From Promethearchaeota archaeon (GTDB lineage Archaea > Asgardarchaeota > Lokiarchaeia > Sigyniarchaeales > SOKP01): 64,000 bases of DNA. The position numbers and the translations under genes are program-made. The notes under the pieces are model-generated. The model was not told where the DNA came from. It did not search any database and saw only the letters and a program-made list of their open reading frames with translations. The stretch lies in the NCBI GenBank assembly GCA_030606485.1, contig JAUWGH010000002.1, forward strand, positions 134,192 to 198,191, in the 5' to 3' direction. Each line of letters opens with the position of its first letter. Position 1 is the first letter of the stretch. Shown piece by piece: positions 9,985-18,812 of the stretch.

Positions 9985-11427
9985 TTAAAAGCCGAATTCC
10001 TTCAATTGTTTTCTAATTTCAGATGTTTTTTCAGGTGTTAGAGGGTATTTTTTCCAAAATATAATTGTACAAATCAATAAAATAATGGCTGGAATCACAC
10101 TCATATGTAGGCGAATCCCCAATTGTGCTGAAGCTGATTGAGTAGTTGCTCCTTCTACAAATCCAGTAAGTATATGAATAAATGCAAATATTGTAATTTG
10201 AGCTCCTCGAGAAAGCCGCGATAGGAAAGCTACAACACCTACAGTTGCACCCCTTACATCTGAACGAGTTAATACCACTCTTTCATCAAGCACGTCCGAA
10301 AAATAAATTGTAGTTAATACCCAAAGGTTTCCCATTGTGAAACCCAAAATAAGCATGTAAATCATCGAATCAATTACACCTATATAAAAAGTGGTCAAAA
10401 TACACCCCATAACTAGTAAAAACCCTCCAATCACTGCAGTTTGCTTATTATTTTCATTTTTTTTAGCGAACCAAGTCCAGAACGGAACCGATATCAGCGC
10501 TCCAGTAAGAAAGGTTGCGAATAGAAGGATCATATTAAGTTCTATAGGTAGATCACTCACCAAAACAAAATTCGCTGCATATGGAATAGAAGCTGTCAAA
10601 GAACCGGTAATTATCATAAATCCAAAGAATAGTATGACATAATATACAAAGCTTTTTTGTTTTAAGGTGGACTTCAATGCTTCTATGAAACTTTGACGTT
10701 TTTTCTCGCTTACATAATAGCGGTCAATGAGTTCTTTGTTCTCTTTCATTCCAAATAGACATAATATTGAAACGGGTACAATCGTACCAATAATAATCCA
10801 AACCATTGCGATATAGGCGGCTTGATTGTTTATACCTCCAAAAAGTCCAAGTAATATTGGTGGGACGATATTAGCGACCGGTAATGCCATCATAGAAAGA
10901 GGAGTTCCCCAGCCTCTGGCCTTCCTACGTGCTGGACCAGTACGAAATTTGTCAGGAAAAAGAGCATCAACATTTACAAAACAAAGTGTTGTTAAAGAAT
11001 CAAATAAGCAGGTTGTAAATATGATCCACCCAAAAAATGGCATTGGATTCGTTGCAGCATCACCAGCTGGTGGCATAAATACAAGGGCCAAGACAAAGTT
11101 GGCGGGTAAGATGCCTATAATTATCCAAATAAATCTTTTACCATACTTTCTTGTGAATCTAGTAACACGATCAGTGAGGTGTCCTATAAGTGGATCATTA
11201 ATAGCATCCCATAATGTAAAGATGAGCATCGCCAAAAAGATTAATACCGTGTCTAAACCAACCACGACTTCATAAAAGAAAAAAATGTATGCATTAAAAA
11301 CCCCATATGCTAACCCCATCCAAAAGCCAGCACTGCCATAGGAAATCGTATTGAGAGTTGATGGGATTTTATAGGCTCCTTCAGCAACAGGTTTCTCCTT
11401 TGCGTTATTTTTTTTCACTTCATTCAT
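9985..11427 (-). CDS. MFS transporter of the glycoside-pentoside-hexuronide (GPH/MFS_2) type
   Basis: 480 aa, about 12 TM segments, GPH signature DAINDPLIGHLTDR. Confidence 0.75.
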   Translation of the reverse strand: MNEVKKNNAKEKPVAEGAYKIPSTLNTISYGSAGFWMGLAYGVFNAYIFFFYEVVVGLDTVLIFLAMLIFTLWDAINDPLIGHLTDRVTRFTRKYGKRFIWIIIGILPANFVLALVFMPPAGDAATNPMPFFGWIIFTTCLFDSLTTLCFVNVDALFPDKFRTGPARRKARGWGTPLSMMALPVANIVPPILLGLFGGINNQAAYIAMVWIIIGTIVPVSILCLFGMKENKELIDRYYVSEKKRQSFIEALKSTLKQKSFVYYVILFFGFMIITGSLTASIPYAANFVLVSDLPIELNMILLFATFLTGALISVPFWTWFAKKNENNKQTAVIGGFLLVMGCILTTFYIGVIDSMIYMLILGFTMGNLWVLTTIYFSDVLDERVVLTRSDVRGATVGVVAFLSRLSRGAQITIFAFIHILTGFVEGATTQSASAQLGIRLHMSVIPAIILLICTIIFWKKYPLTPEKTSEIRKQLKEFGF

Positions 11428-11651
11428 TTATAAAAAACTCCTTTATTTTTTAAAAAATTTTAAATGGAATTCAAATATTCAAATATATTTGATTGATCTT
11501 TTATTTAAAGCTTTCTTGCTTAGAAAATTTGGAAATTATGATATTTTCCAAAAATAGTGCATTAAAAATATAGTATTATTGAATTCATAACACTAATTAG
11601 AAGTAGAATAGTTATTTTTTTTCTTTTTTTTCCGTTTTTTTAAGTAGTTCC

Positions 11652-11936
11652 TTATATATCTTGTTTTTCTAGCCTTTCTAATGTTTCCTTAATTTTTTTC
11701 AATTCAACTTTTAAATCTTCGTCTTGTTTATCTTCTCCTTTTCTCCTACTTTTTAATTCTTCTTCATCGATTTTTTTTAAAAGAATATTATTTTTCAGTT
11801 CTTCTGAAATTATTTTTTTAATTTCCTTTAAAAATTGATTACGAGGAAGCCCTTTTATTTCCATTATTCTTTCCCTTACTGCAGATCTAATAAATTCTGA
11901 TTTCGACTGATTAATTTTTTTAGCAAAAGCATCAAT
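11652..11936 (-). pseudogene. Truncated ribbon-helix-helix (CopG-like) gene remnant
   Basis: The first canonical start is at 11864. The frame stays open upstream to a TAA at 11937-11939 and encodes IDAFAKKINQSKSEFIRSAVRERI, the helix-loop-helix part of an RHH fold. There is no beta-strand and no ATG/GTG/TTG start for that part. Confidence 0.4.
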
Positions 11937-12138
11937 TTACGATATGATGGATTATATCGAGCGTGAAAAAATTCAAGCACCAGCTTTAACTGATGAAGAA
12001 ATGGAAAAGGAATTAAAAACCGCTACAAAATATTTTGAAGACATAAAGTAGTAATTTATAACTTAACAAAAAAAGTAAAATGAAGTTTTGCAGGTATCAG
12101 ATAACATCTTCATACTATTCTATTATTTATTCAAATAG

Positions 12139-13086
12139 TTGAAAATAATCTCCGTGAAAAGCTTTTCAATTTCGAATTTAATTCCTGAATTTTTAATTTC
12201 TAAAGAAGTAGAAGAAGGAAATTCTAAATCAACGGTTAAAGCGTATGAATATGATCTAAAAAAGCTTATAGAGATTATTGGAGATTCTAACATAGAACTT
12301 TTAACGACGACAAAAATTAGAATTTTTATAAAATTCTTAAAAGATAAAAATTATTCAAAAAAGGGTATTGCAAGAAAAATCGCTACGTTGCGTTCATTTT
12401 TAAAATTTTTAGTTAAAAATGAGTTTATATCAAAAAATCCGATGGATAAGATTTCGAGCCCTAAGATAAGAATGGAGGAGAGCCTTCCCAAATACTTAGA
12501 GCTTGACGAAATCGGAAAAATTCTTGAAATGATAAAAGATAAAAACATATTTAATTCAAAAAAAAGCCAAAGATTTTATCTTCTAGTAAGATTATTATAC
12601 GCGACAATGGCTCGAGTGAGTGAAATTTCAAATATTAAAATAAAAGATGTAAATTTTCAAGAAGGTTTTATTCATCTTAGGGGAAAGGGTAATAAAGAAA
12701 GAATTGTTCCCGTTGATAAGAATTCCCTAATGGTTATTAAGAATTATTTGGAAAATCGATTTTCTTATTCTGAAGAAGACTACTTACTTGTTAACACTCG
12801 AAATTTAAAACTTTCTCCTCGTGTCATTCAGGAAGATATAAAGGTTATAAAAGAAAAATGTGGCTTTTCTCAATCAAAACAAATTACTCCACATATTTTT
12901 CGCCATACTGGAGCCACCCATTTAAGAAGAGCTGGGATGGACATTAGTGAATTACAAGATATATTAGGACACTCAAGTTCAAATACAACCAGAATTTATG
13001 CAAAGAATGATATCAGAAATTTAAAAAAGTCTTACGATGGAATGCATCCTCTAAGTTTAAAAAAAGACTTAAGAATCAACAATTAA
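12139..13086 (+). CDS. Tyrosine recombinase, XerA/XerC/D-like
   Basis: 315 aa. N-terminal SAM-like core-binding domain, then catalytic residues in ARVSEIS (R), HIFRHTGATHL (HxxR) and LGHSSSNTTRIYA (H...Y). TTG start. Confidence 0.9.
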   Translation: MKIISVKSFSISNLIPEFLISKEVEEGNSKSTVKAYEYDLKKLIEIIGDSNIELLTTTKIRIFIKFLKDKNYSKKGIARKIATLRSFLKFLVKNEFISKNPMDKISSPKIRMEESLPKYLELDEIGKILEMIKDKNIFNSKKSQRFYLLVRLLYATMARVSEISNIKIKDVNFQEGFIHLRGKGNKERIVPVDKNSLMVIKNYLENRFSYSEEDYLLVNTRNLKLSPRVIQEDIKVIKEKCGFSQSKQITPHIFRHTGATHLRRAGMDISELQDILGHSSSNTTRIYAKNDIRNLKKSYDGMHPLSLKKDLRINN

Positions 13087-14286
13087 TTTTTTTTCTAAAA
13101 TTTCTACCAAATATTCTTTCAATTTTTCTGCAGGAACGTCAAGTAAAGTTATTTTCAAATGTCTACCGCGAGATTCTTCATCAATCCTTATCGAATCTGC
13201 CAGTAAAATTTTTAAAGTATTAAGTTGCCGAATATATTTTCTAAAAGACATTTTAACGTGAGGAACAATTTCATAAGTTTCACAAATGACTTTGTAATCT
13301 TCGTATGCATCATCAATTGTTGTAAATGATTTTTGATTATTCAATAAAGCTCTTACAACGGCATACAAGGATAAAAGTTCTTGATCTTTTAATCGATCAA
13401 TAATATCAGCTCTAAATTCAGGATATGCAACTTCTGCAGCAGCATTTCGAATAATTTCAGCAGAGGACTCATCTAATCCCTCTTTATCCAAGTATTGCCC
13501 ACTCAATCTTAAGATTTCAATACCATGCCTCATATTTTTTGTATCTTCAACAATTTTCGCAATTAACTCGAGATTATCTTCATTCATAACGCCGTCTTTA
13601 AAAGCCAAATCTACTCGATAATTTAAGATTTCTTTTGCATCATCGAGATTATATGGTTTTAATTTAATTTTTTTATTAATCCGGGATAATAACCTTTCTG
13701 ATTCTATTCGAATCCAATCATGTTTTCGCGAAATTAACAATAATGACATTCTTACATTATGATGCCCGAAAGTTTCGGCAGTATCTAGTAAAGCCCATAT
13801 ATCATTTTTTGGAATTAAATGAATCTCATCTAAGATTAATAGAATATATCCATTATCATTTTTTACTTTAGTAATTATTTGTTTCATTGCCTCATCATCA
13901 GAAAAACCTCTTCCTGAGCCTTGACAATACTTTCCCAATAAAGTTCGAATAATTTTACTTTTTGTTCTAAAATTAACGCAATCAAAATGCTCAATGAATA
14001 AGTTAATACCCTTTTCAATTGCTGTTTCTCGAAAATTTCTCCCAAAAAACTTTGCGGAAACGGTTTTCCCAACACCACCTTTACCAATTAATAAACAATT
14101 ACTAGAAAATCTTCCCTTTCCTTCAATTATACCCCTAAAATTGTGAATAAGCTCTTTGATTATATCATCTCGGCAGTATAATTTTTTCGGTACATAACTT
14201 AAATTAAGAGAACTAGAATTTCGAAATACAGATCTTTTACTTAATTCTTTTCGAAAATTTTCCTTATCCATATTTTTAGGGACCAA
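13069..14286 (-). CDS. cdc6: Orc1/Cdc6 AAA+ replication initiator homolog
   Basis: 405 aa. Walker A LLIGKGGVGKTVSA, Walker B ILLILDEIH, C-terminal winged helix. The ATG at 14271 (MDKENF) is the likelier start. The 3' end overlaps the recombinase 3' end by 18 nt. Confidence 0.9.
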   Translation of the reverse strand: MVPKNMDKENFRKELSKRSVFRNSSSLNLSYVPKKLYCRDDIIKELIHNFRGIIEGKGRFSSNCLLIGKGGVGKTVSAKFFGRNFRETAIEKGINLFIEHFDCVNFRTKSKIIRTLLGKYCQGSGRGFSDDEAMKQIITKVKNDNGYILLILDEIHLIPKNDIWALLDTAETFGHHNVRMSLLLISRKHDWIRIESERLLSRINKKIKLKPYNLDDAKEILNYRVDLAFKDGVMNEDNLELIAKIVEDTKNMRHGIEILRLSGQYLDKEGLDESSAEIIRNAAAEVAYPEFRADIIDRLKDQELLSLYAVVRALLNNQKSFTTIDDAYEDYKVICETYEIVPHVKMSFRKYIRQLNTLKILLADSIRIDEESRGRHLKITLLDVPAEKLKEYLVEILEKKLIVDS

Positions 14287-14518
14287 AAATGTATAGGACT
14301 ATTGCTCAGTTTATCCTTAATAAATTAAAATTTGCTATTTGATAAATAATTTATCTATTATTTAAAGTTAAAACATCTAAAAAAATAAGAAATTATATGA
14401 TCTTCGATATCTTTTTTTAAACTTTTAAATTATTTAAATACATTTAATAAAATAGAAAGTACTAGAATTTAAAAAAATAAAACAATAAAATCGATTAATT
14501 TCCATTATTTTTTAAAAA

Positions 14519-15427
14519 ATGAAAGTAAGTTTAATCGGACTTAATAACTGTGGTAAAACAAGTATCTGCTCGGTTGCATTTGGTCAAAAAAATGCTGAAG
14601 ATACTCAATCCTTAAATCCTACAATATTTTATGAGGTTAGGCATTATCCATTTTTAGGATTTCAAATTGGAATCTTCGATTTTGGTGGTCAAGAAGATCA
14701 TAGAAAGGAATATTTAGAAAAACCTGAACCCTTTGCGGGAACAGATATTCTTATTCCAGTTGTTGATTTACACGACCCTAAGAATTTTGAAAATGCCAAA
14801 AAATATTTTAAAGAAATTTTAGATATTTTTAATCAAAGTAATAAAAAACCAAAGATTTTTTTACTCCTTCACAAATGTGATACAAAAAATTATCAGAAAG
14901 AGTTAATAGACGCAAATATTAGACAAGCAAGAAATATCTTTTTAGATCTTTTCGTAGAATTTGATTTTAATTTCATATTTACAAGCATTTTTGAACAAAA
15001 TGATTTGAGAAAAATATTTCGAGACATTTTACTCTCTTCCCATGCGAATTTAAAGATAAATATCCAAAAAATGGAAAAAGATCTTCAAGAAATTAAAACA
15101 AACATAATTATTACGGATATATTAGGAAATATATTAATTCATAATGTTCAAAATGTAGGTAGTGGTTTTATTTTAAGGCAAGATTTACGAGATTTTCTAA
15201 ATTCTTGTAATAATATCCGAGAAAAAATATTTACTTCAGATTCTGCTAACTTTAAAGGTAAAAATGACGATGGAAAAGAAATTGAGATTTATATATTTAA
15301 ATACATAATTTCTGTAATCATAATGAAATCAAGAGACTTAGATGTGAATTCACATGATAAAGTTGCAATTTTATTAAATAATGTTAGATTATTAGCAGAT
15401 TTAATAGTCAGTACAAATTTTAACTAA
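14519..15427 (+). CDS. Rag/Gtr-like small GTPase with C-terminal roadblock-like domain
   Basis: 302 aa. G1 GLNNCGKTS, G3 DFGGQE, and G4 HKCD, the HKxD variant typical of RagA/Gtr1. FTSIFEQNDLRKIFRDIL parallels the RagA TSIWDETLYKAWSSIV block. About 130 aa of C-terminal alpha/beta domain follow. Confidence 0.7.
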   Translation: MKVSLIGLNNCGKTSICSVAFGQKNAEDTQSLNPTIFYEVRHYPFLGFQIGIFDFGGQEDHRKEYLEKPEPFAGTDILIPVVDLHDPKNFENAKKYFKEILDIFNQSNKKPKIFLLLHKCDTKNYQKELIDANIRQARNIFLDLFVEFDFNFIFTSIFEQNDLRKIFRDILLSSHANLKINIQKMEKDLQEIKTNIIITDILGNILIHNVQNVGSGFILRQDLRDFLNSCNNIREKIFTSDSANFKGKNDDGKEIEIYIFKYIISVIIMKSRDLDVNSHDKVAILLNNVRLLADLIVSTNFN

Positions 15428-15506
15428 AATTAGACTTTAATTATTTTAATACTTTTTCTGAAGGAGATTAAGACATAACCATAGTATATTTAATTGTGAA
15501 TATCAT

Positions 15507-15728
15507 TTACTTATTCTTGTCTGATGATGAATACCAATCAAGCCAATCCTTTTTTCGACTTTTTTTCTTTTCATAATTGTCTGATTCATCAAAATTTGTT
15601 TCTCGAATCTTTTTCCACATTCGATCTAACTCAGTTCTTGTCACAGTTAGACCACAACTTAAACATACCACCATTTTTAATTTTGAATTCCATTCCATCA
15701 TAGCCGCACATTCAGGACAACGTGCCAT
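15507..15728 (-). CDS. Small zinc-ribbon protein
   Basis: 73 aa with CPEC...CLSC four-cysteine ribbon and a basic/acidic tail. Confidence 0.5.
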   Translation of the reverse strand: MARCPECAAMMEWNSKLKMVVCLSCGLTVTRTELDRMWKKIRETNFDESDNYEKKKSRKKDWLDWYSSSDKNK

Positions 15729-16067
15729 AATTACAACGCTCTAATTTTTAAATTCTTTTTTATAAATAAAAAATACTATTCCAAAAAAATTTTGCTATTT
15801 TTATTCGGTTTAATTTCCTAATAATGGAAGAAAATTATAAAATCAATTGATTAAAATATTATTTAACTGTAAATAATAAATTTTAATTTGCTGGTTTAAG
15901 AAATATTGAAGTATATTAGATTATTAATAATTTATATGAAAAAGGAAAAGGATACTATAGAGGATAAATAAGAATTCTGCAATAAAGTAATCTCGAAATG
16001 ACAAATAAATTATAGTTCTAAGTGAAAAAAACTGTTAAATAAGGATTTAAAAGATTATATTGATTTA

Positions 16068-16853
16068 GTGAATAAAGGGTCCAGTGGATTTTTAAAGAAA
16101 AAAGTTTCATTAGTAACGGGCGGTGCTGGAGGGATAGGTATAGCAATTTGTAAAGAATTAGCTAATTTAGGGTCCATTGTTTATATTTGCGATATTAAGG
16201 AAGCAAAAAGTCTCGCAAATGAGATTAATGCTGGGTATTCTGATGTGCGAGCTATACCTATTAAAACTGATATATCTAATAAGTCTGAAGTTAAAAATAT
16301 GTTTGAACAAATATTAAATGAACATGGGGGAGTAGATATATTAATAAATAACGCCGCTACATTTGGAGAGCCTCCTCTTAATTTTTTAGAAATTTCGTAT
16401 GAGAATTTTAAAAAAATAATTAGTGTAGATTTAAGCGGAGCTATTTATTGCACTATTGCCGCGATACCGCATATGGTTAAAAAAGGTTGGGGAAAAATAA
16501 TGTTCTCTGCTGCACCATTAACTTCTTCAGGGATTCCAGCGCCCTATTTAGCAGGAAAATCCGGGTTTATTGGATTAACTAAATATCTTTCTGAAAAATT
16601 AAGGAAATATGGGATTGGAACGTTTGCGGTTGTGCTAAGGCATATTTATACGCCCATGATACAAAAAGTAATGGAAAGTAGAAATATTAATCTTAAAGAT
16701 GCAAAAAAAAACTTAGATGAGAAATCACTTACAGGCAGAATGGCTACTACAGAAGAAATCGCCAAAATGTTCGCATACTTTGCTTTGCCAATTTCAGATC
16801 ATATGAGCGGTCAAACTATTCTTGCAGATGGAGGAATCTCATATTTAAGATAA
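16068..16853 (+). CDS. Short-chain dehydrogenase/reductase (FabG-like)
   Basis: 261 aa with TGGAGGIG, NNAA and S...YxxxK (YLAGK) motifs. GTG start. Confidence 0.85.
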   Translation: MNKGSSGFLKKKVSLVTGGAGGIGIAICKELANLGSIVYICDIKEAKSLANEINAGYSDVRAIPIKTDISNKSEVKNMFEQILNEHGGVDILINNAATFGEPPLNFLEISYENFKKIISVDLSGAIYCTIAAIPHMVKKGWGKIMFSAAPLTSSGIPAPYLAGKSGFIGLTKYLSEKLRKYGIGTFAVVLRHIYTPMIQKVMESRNINLKDAKKNLDEKSLTGRMATTEEIAKMFAYFALPISDHMSGQTILADGGISYLR

Positions 16854-16866
16854 CAGGTGAAATACA

Positions 16867-17583
16867 ATGGAAAGTATTAGAGAATTAAAAGGAAAAAATT
16901 GTATATTTTTAGGCGCAAACGATTCATTTGGAAGGGAATTATGCAAAAATTTGGCTAAAGTTGGTCTTAATTTTGGTTTAATAGATTTTAACCACTTAAG
17001 TTCATTAGATTTATCGAAAAACCTTAAAAATATAGGGGTTAAATCTATAAGTGCAACAGTTATTCCAAGAAAGACTACTAGTTTTGAAAAGGCAGTTGCT
17101 AAAATAATAGAATATTTAGGAGATGTAGATTTTCTTATTTGTGCTTATTATTTTGATGAGGATATTAGCTATGAAAATGATGAATTTCATATAGATAAAT
17201 TAAGCATGGAAAAATGGGATGATAACCTCCTGAAATGGGTAGGGAGCTATTTTTTAATGATAAAATCAGTTTTACCTTACATGCTTGATAAAAAGAAAGG
17301 TAAAATTATATTTACAAATCTAACTTCAGGCTACACTGGTGAGGGAGAAGGCGAAGGGCAACTCACCAGAGCAAGTTCATTATATTTCTCTGCTTGCTCA
17401 AGTGCAATAACTGGAATGATGACATCTATAGCGAGAGAAATCATTCCTCTTGGTATAAAAGTTAATGGTGTAGCTTTCAATCCTGCACTTAAAGGGGATG
17501 ATAATAGAATACTAAATGCTTTTATATTTTTACTCTCAGATATATCCTATTATACATGTGGGCAAATAATACGGCTATATTAA
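16867..17583 (+). CDS. Divergent SDR-like protein lacking canonical cofactor and catalytic motifs
   Basis: 238 aa with Rossmann-like layout. The glycine motif is degenerate (FLGANDSFGRE), the Tyr is not followed by the catalytic Lys (YFSAC), and there is a GEGEGEG insertion. 13 nt after the SDR gene. Confidence 0.5.
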   Translation: MESIRELKGKNCIFLGANDSFGRELCKNLAKVGLNFGLIDFNHLSSLDLSKNLKNIGVKSISATVIPRKTTSFEKAVAKIIEYLGDVDFLICAYYFDEDISYENDEFHIDKLSMEKWDDNLLKWVGSYFLMIKSVLPYMLDKKKGKIIFTNLTSGYTGEGEGEGQLTRASSLYFSACSSAITGMMTSIAREIIPLGIKVNGVAFNPALKGDDNRILNAFIFLLSDISYYTCGQIIRLY

Positions 17584-17597
17584 AATAGAAAGTAGTA

Positions 17598-18239
17598 GTG
17601 AAAAAAATGGATAAGGAATTAAAATCAGAAATCGTAAAAAAATGGGTTGGAGATTTACCATTTAGGCAGAAAGTAATAAAATTGTTTGAAAAAGTAAGAG
17701 ATATACCTTTTGGGAGAGCGGGTTCAAGAGACCCTAAAGATGTTTATGAAAAAAATATAGGAACTTGTTCCGGAAAGAATTTATTATTAAGAGAATTGTA
17801 TGATGAAATTGGATTACAAACAAAAGACATGCTAACTTTACATAGATTCAACGATTTAGTTTGGTTTCCCATAGATTCTTACCCACTCGTTCAAATTCCA
17901 ATAGAAGTGAAAGAAATCCTAAATAAAGGTCCAATATACGATTTTCACAACTTTATAAAAATTCTAATTAATGGGAAATGGATCAATGTAGTAGATGCAA
18001 CCTTTGATAAGCCTTTAAAAAAATATGGATTTATTATTAATGAAAATTGGAATGGAAAAACGGACATGATTATGTGTATTGTTGGCACTACTAAAATTTG
18101 GGATTGCGGTCATCAAGGATTGGAAATGAAGTCAAAGATGACGGCACTGCTTCCAGAAAATATTCAGAGAAATAGATTATTATTTCTTAAAAAATTAACT
18201 GAATGGATAGCAGAACTTAGAAATAAAGACTTTCCTTAA
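17598..18239 (+). CDS. Transglutaminase-like cysteine peptidase fold protein
   Basis: 213 aa. Candidate Cys-His-Asp triad in GTCSGKNLLL, FHNFIKI and VVDATFD, with spacing typical of the transglutaminase core. Confidence 0.5.
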   Translation: MKKMDKELKSEIVKKWVGDLPFRQKVIKLFEKVRDIPFGRAGSRDPKDVYEKNIGTCSGKNLLLRELYDEIGLQTKDMLTLHRFNDLVWFPIDSYPLVQIPIEVKEILNKGPIYDFHNFIKILINGKWINVVDATFDKPLKKYGFIINENWNGKTDMIMCIVGTTKIWDCGHQGLEMKSKMTALLPENIQRNRLLFLKKLTEWIAELRNKDFP

Positions 18240-18254
18240 AATCAGTAATATTCA

Positions 18255-18450
18255 TGCTGTTTTTCCCGAGGACCTATACCGATTACATTCTGGGATTTGG
18301 AGTTATGGGCGAAAAATGGTGTAGTCGCTAACATTCATAATAATTTTAAAAAAAATCCACATATCGGATTTAGATATGTTTATGCTATTTTTATTAGATA
18401 ATGAAGATAAGAAAGAAAAAATCAATCAATTATTGCCCAATTTTTGAATA
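18255..18450 (+). pseudogene. Decayed fragment of a YkgJ-type CxxCxxCC protein gene (paralog of 60115..60846)
   Basis: Translation CCFSRGPIPITFWDLELWAKNGVVANI matches CCAERGPVPLTFWDLEMWARNGVLINF of the intact gene. The rest is frameshifted (LDMFML...LDNEDKKEK versus LDLILKPIPIPKDDADQK). The N-terminus is missing. Confidence 0.55.
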
Positions 18451-18812
18451 GAACCCAAGATTTATTTCTAAGATACATATCTTAACAAGATTTTATGCGT
18501 TTTGTGGAATAATATCACAAACCCTAGCGAAATGAATCCTAATATCCATAAGAGAGGGAAACTTGGGATTACTGGAGTAACAACACCCCTAGAATCAGAA
18601 TTTGTCCAAGGGTATATATCCTCTTTATCAAAAGATTTGTGTTATGTTTTGAACTAAATATATCATTTTTCATTGAAATTACCCACTTGTGGTAATAAGC
18701 TTAAATAATCTAAAATAATTGTTTTATTCATTTTTATTTACCATATTAAAGATAGATATGCAATAAATTATAAAAATCGACATAATAATGCTCCAAAATT
18801 TTTTATGTTTAT

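Noticed and set aside
10391-11275. Plus-strand ORFs 10391..10642 and 10826..11275
   Set aside because: Both are antisense to the GPH transporter gene.
11941-12000. C/D-box sRNA-like elements (ATGATGG ... CTGATGAAG)
   Set aside because: No terminal D box (CUGA) lies at the expected spacing and there is no terminal stem. This is probably coincidence within gene debris.
14287-14518. Replication origin (ORB boxes) next to orc1/cdc6
   Set aside because: The spacer is AT-rich, but I found no repeated ORB-like elements or inverted pairs. It cannot be called from sequence alone.
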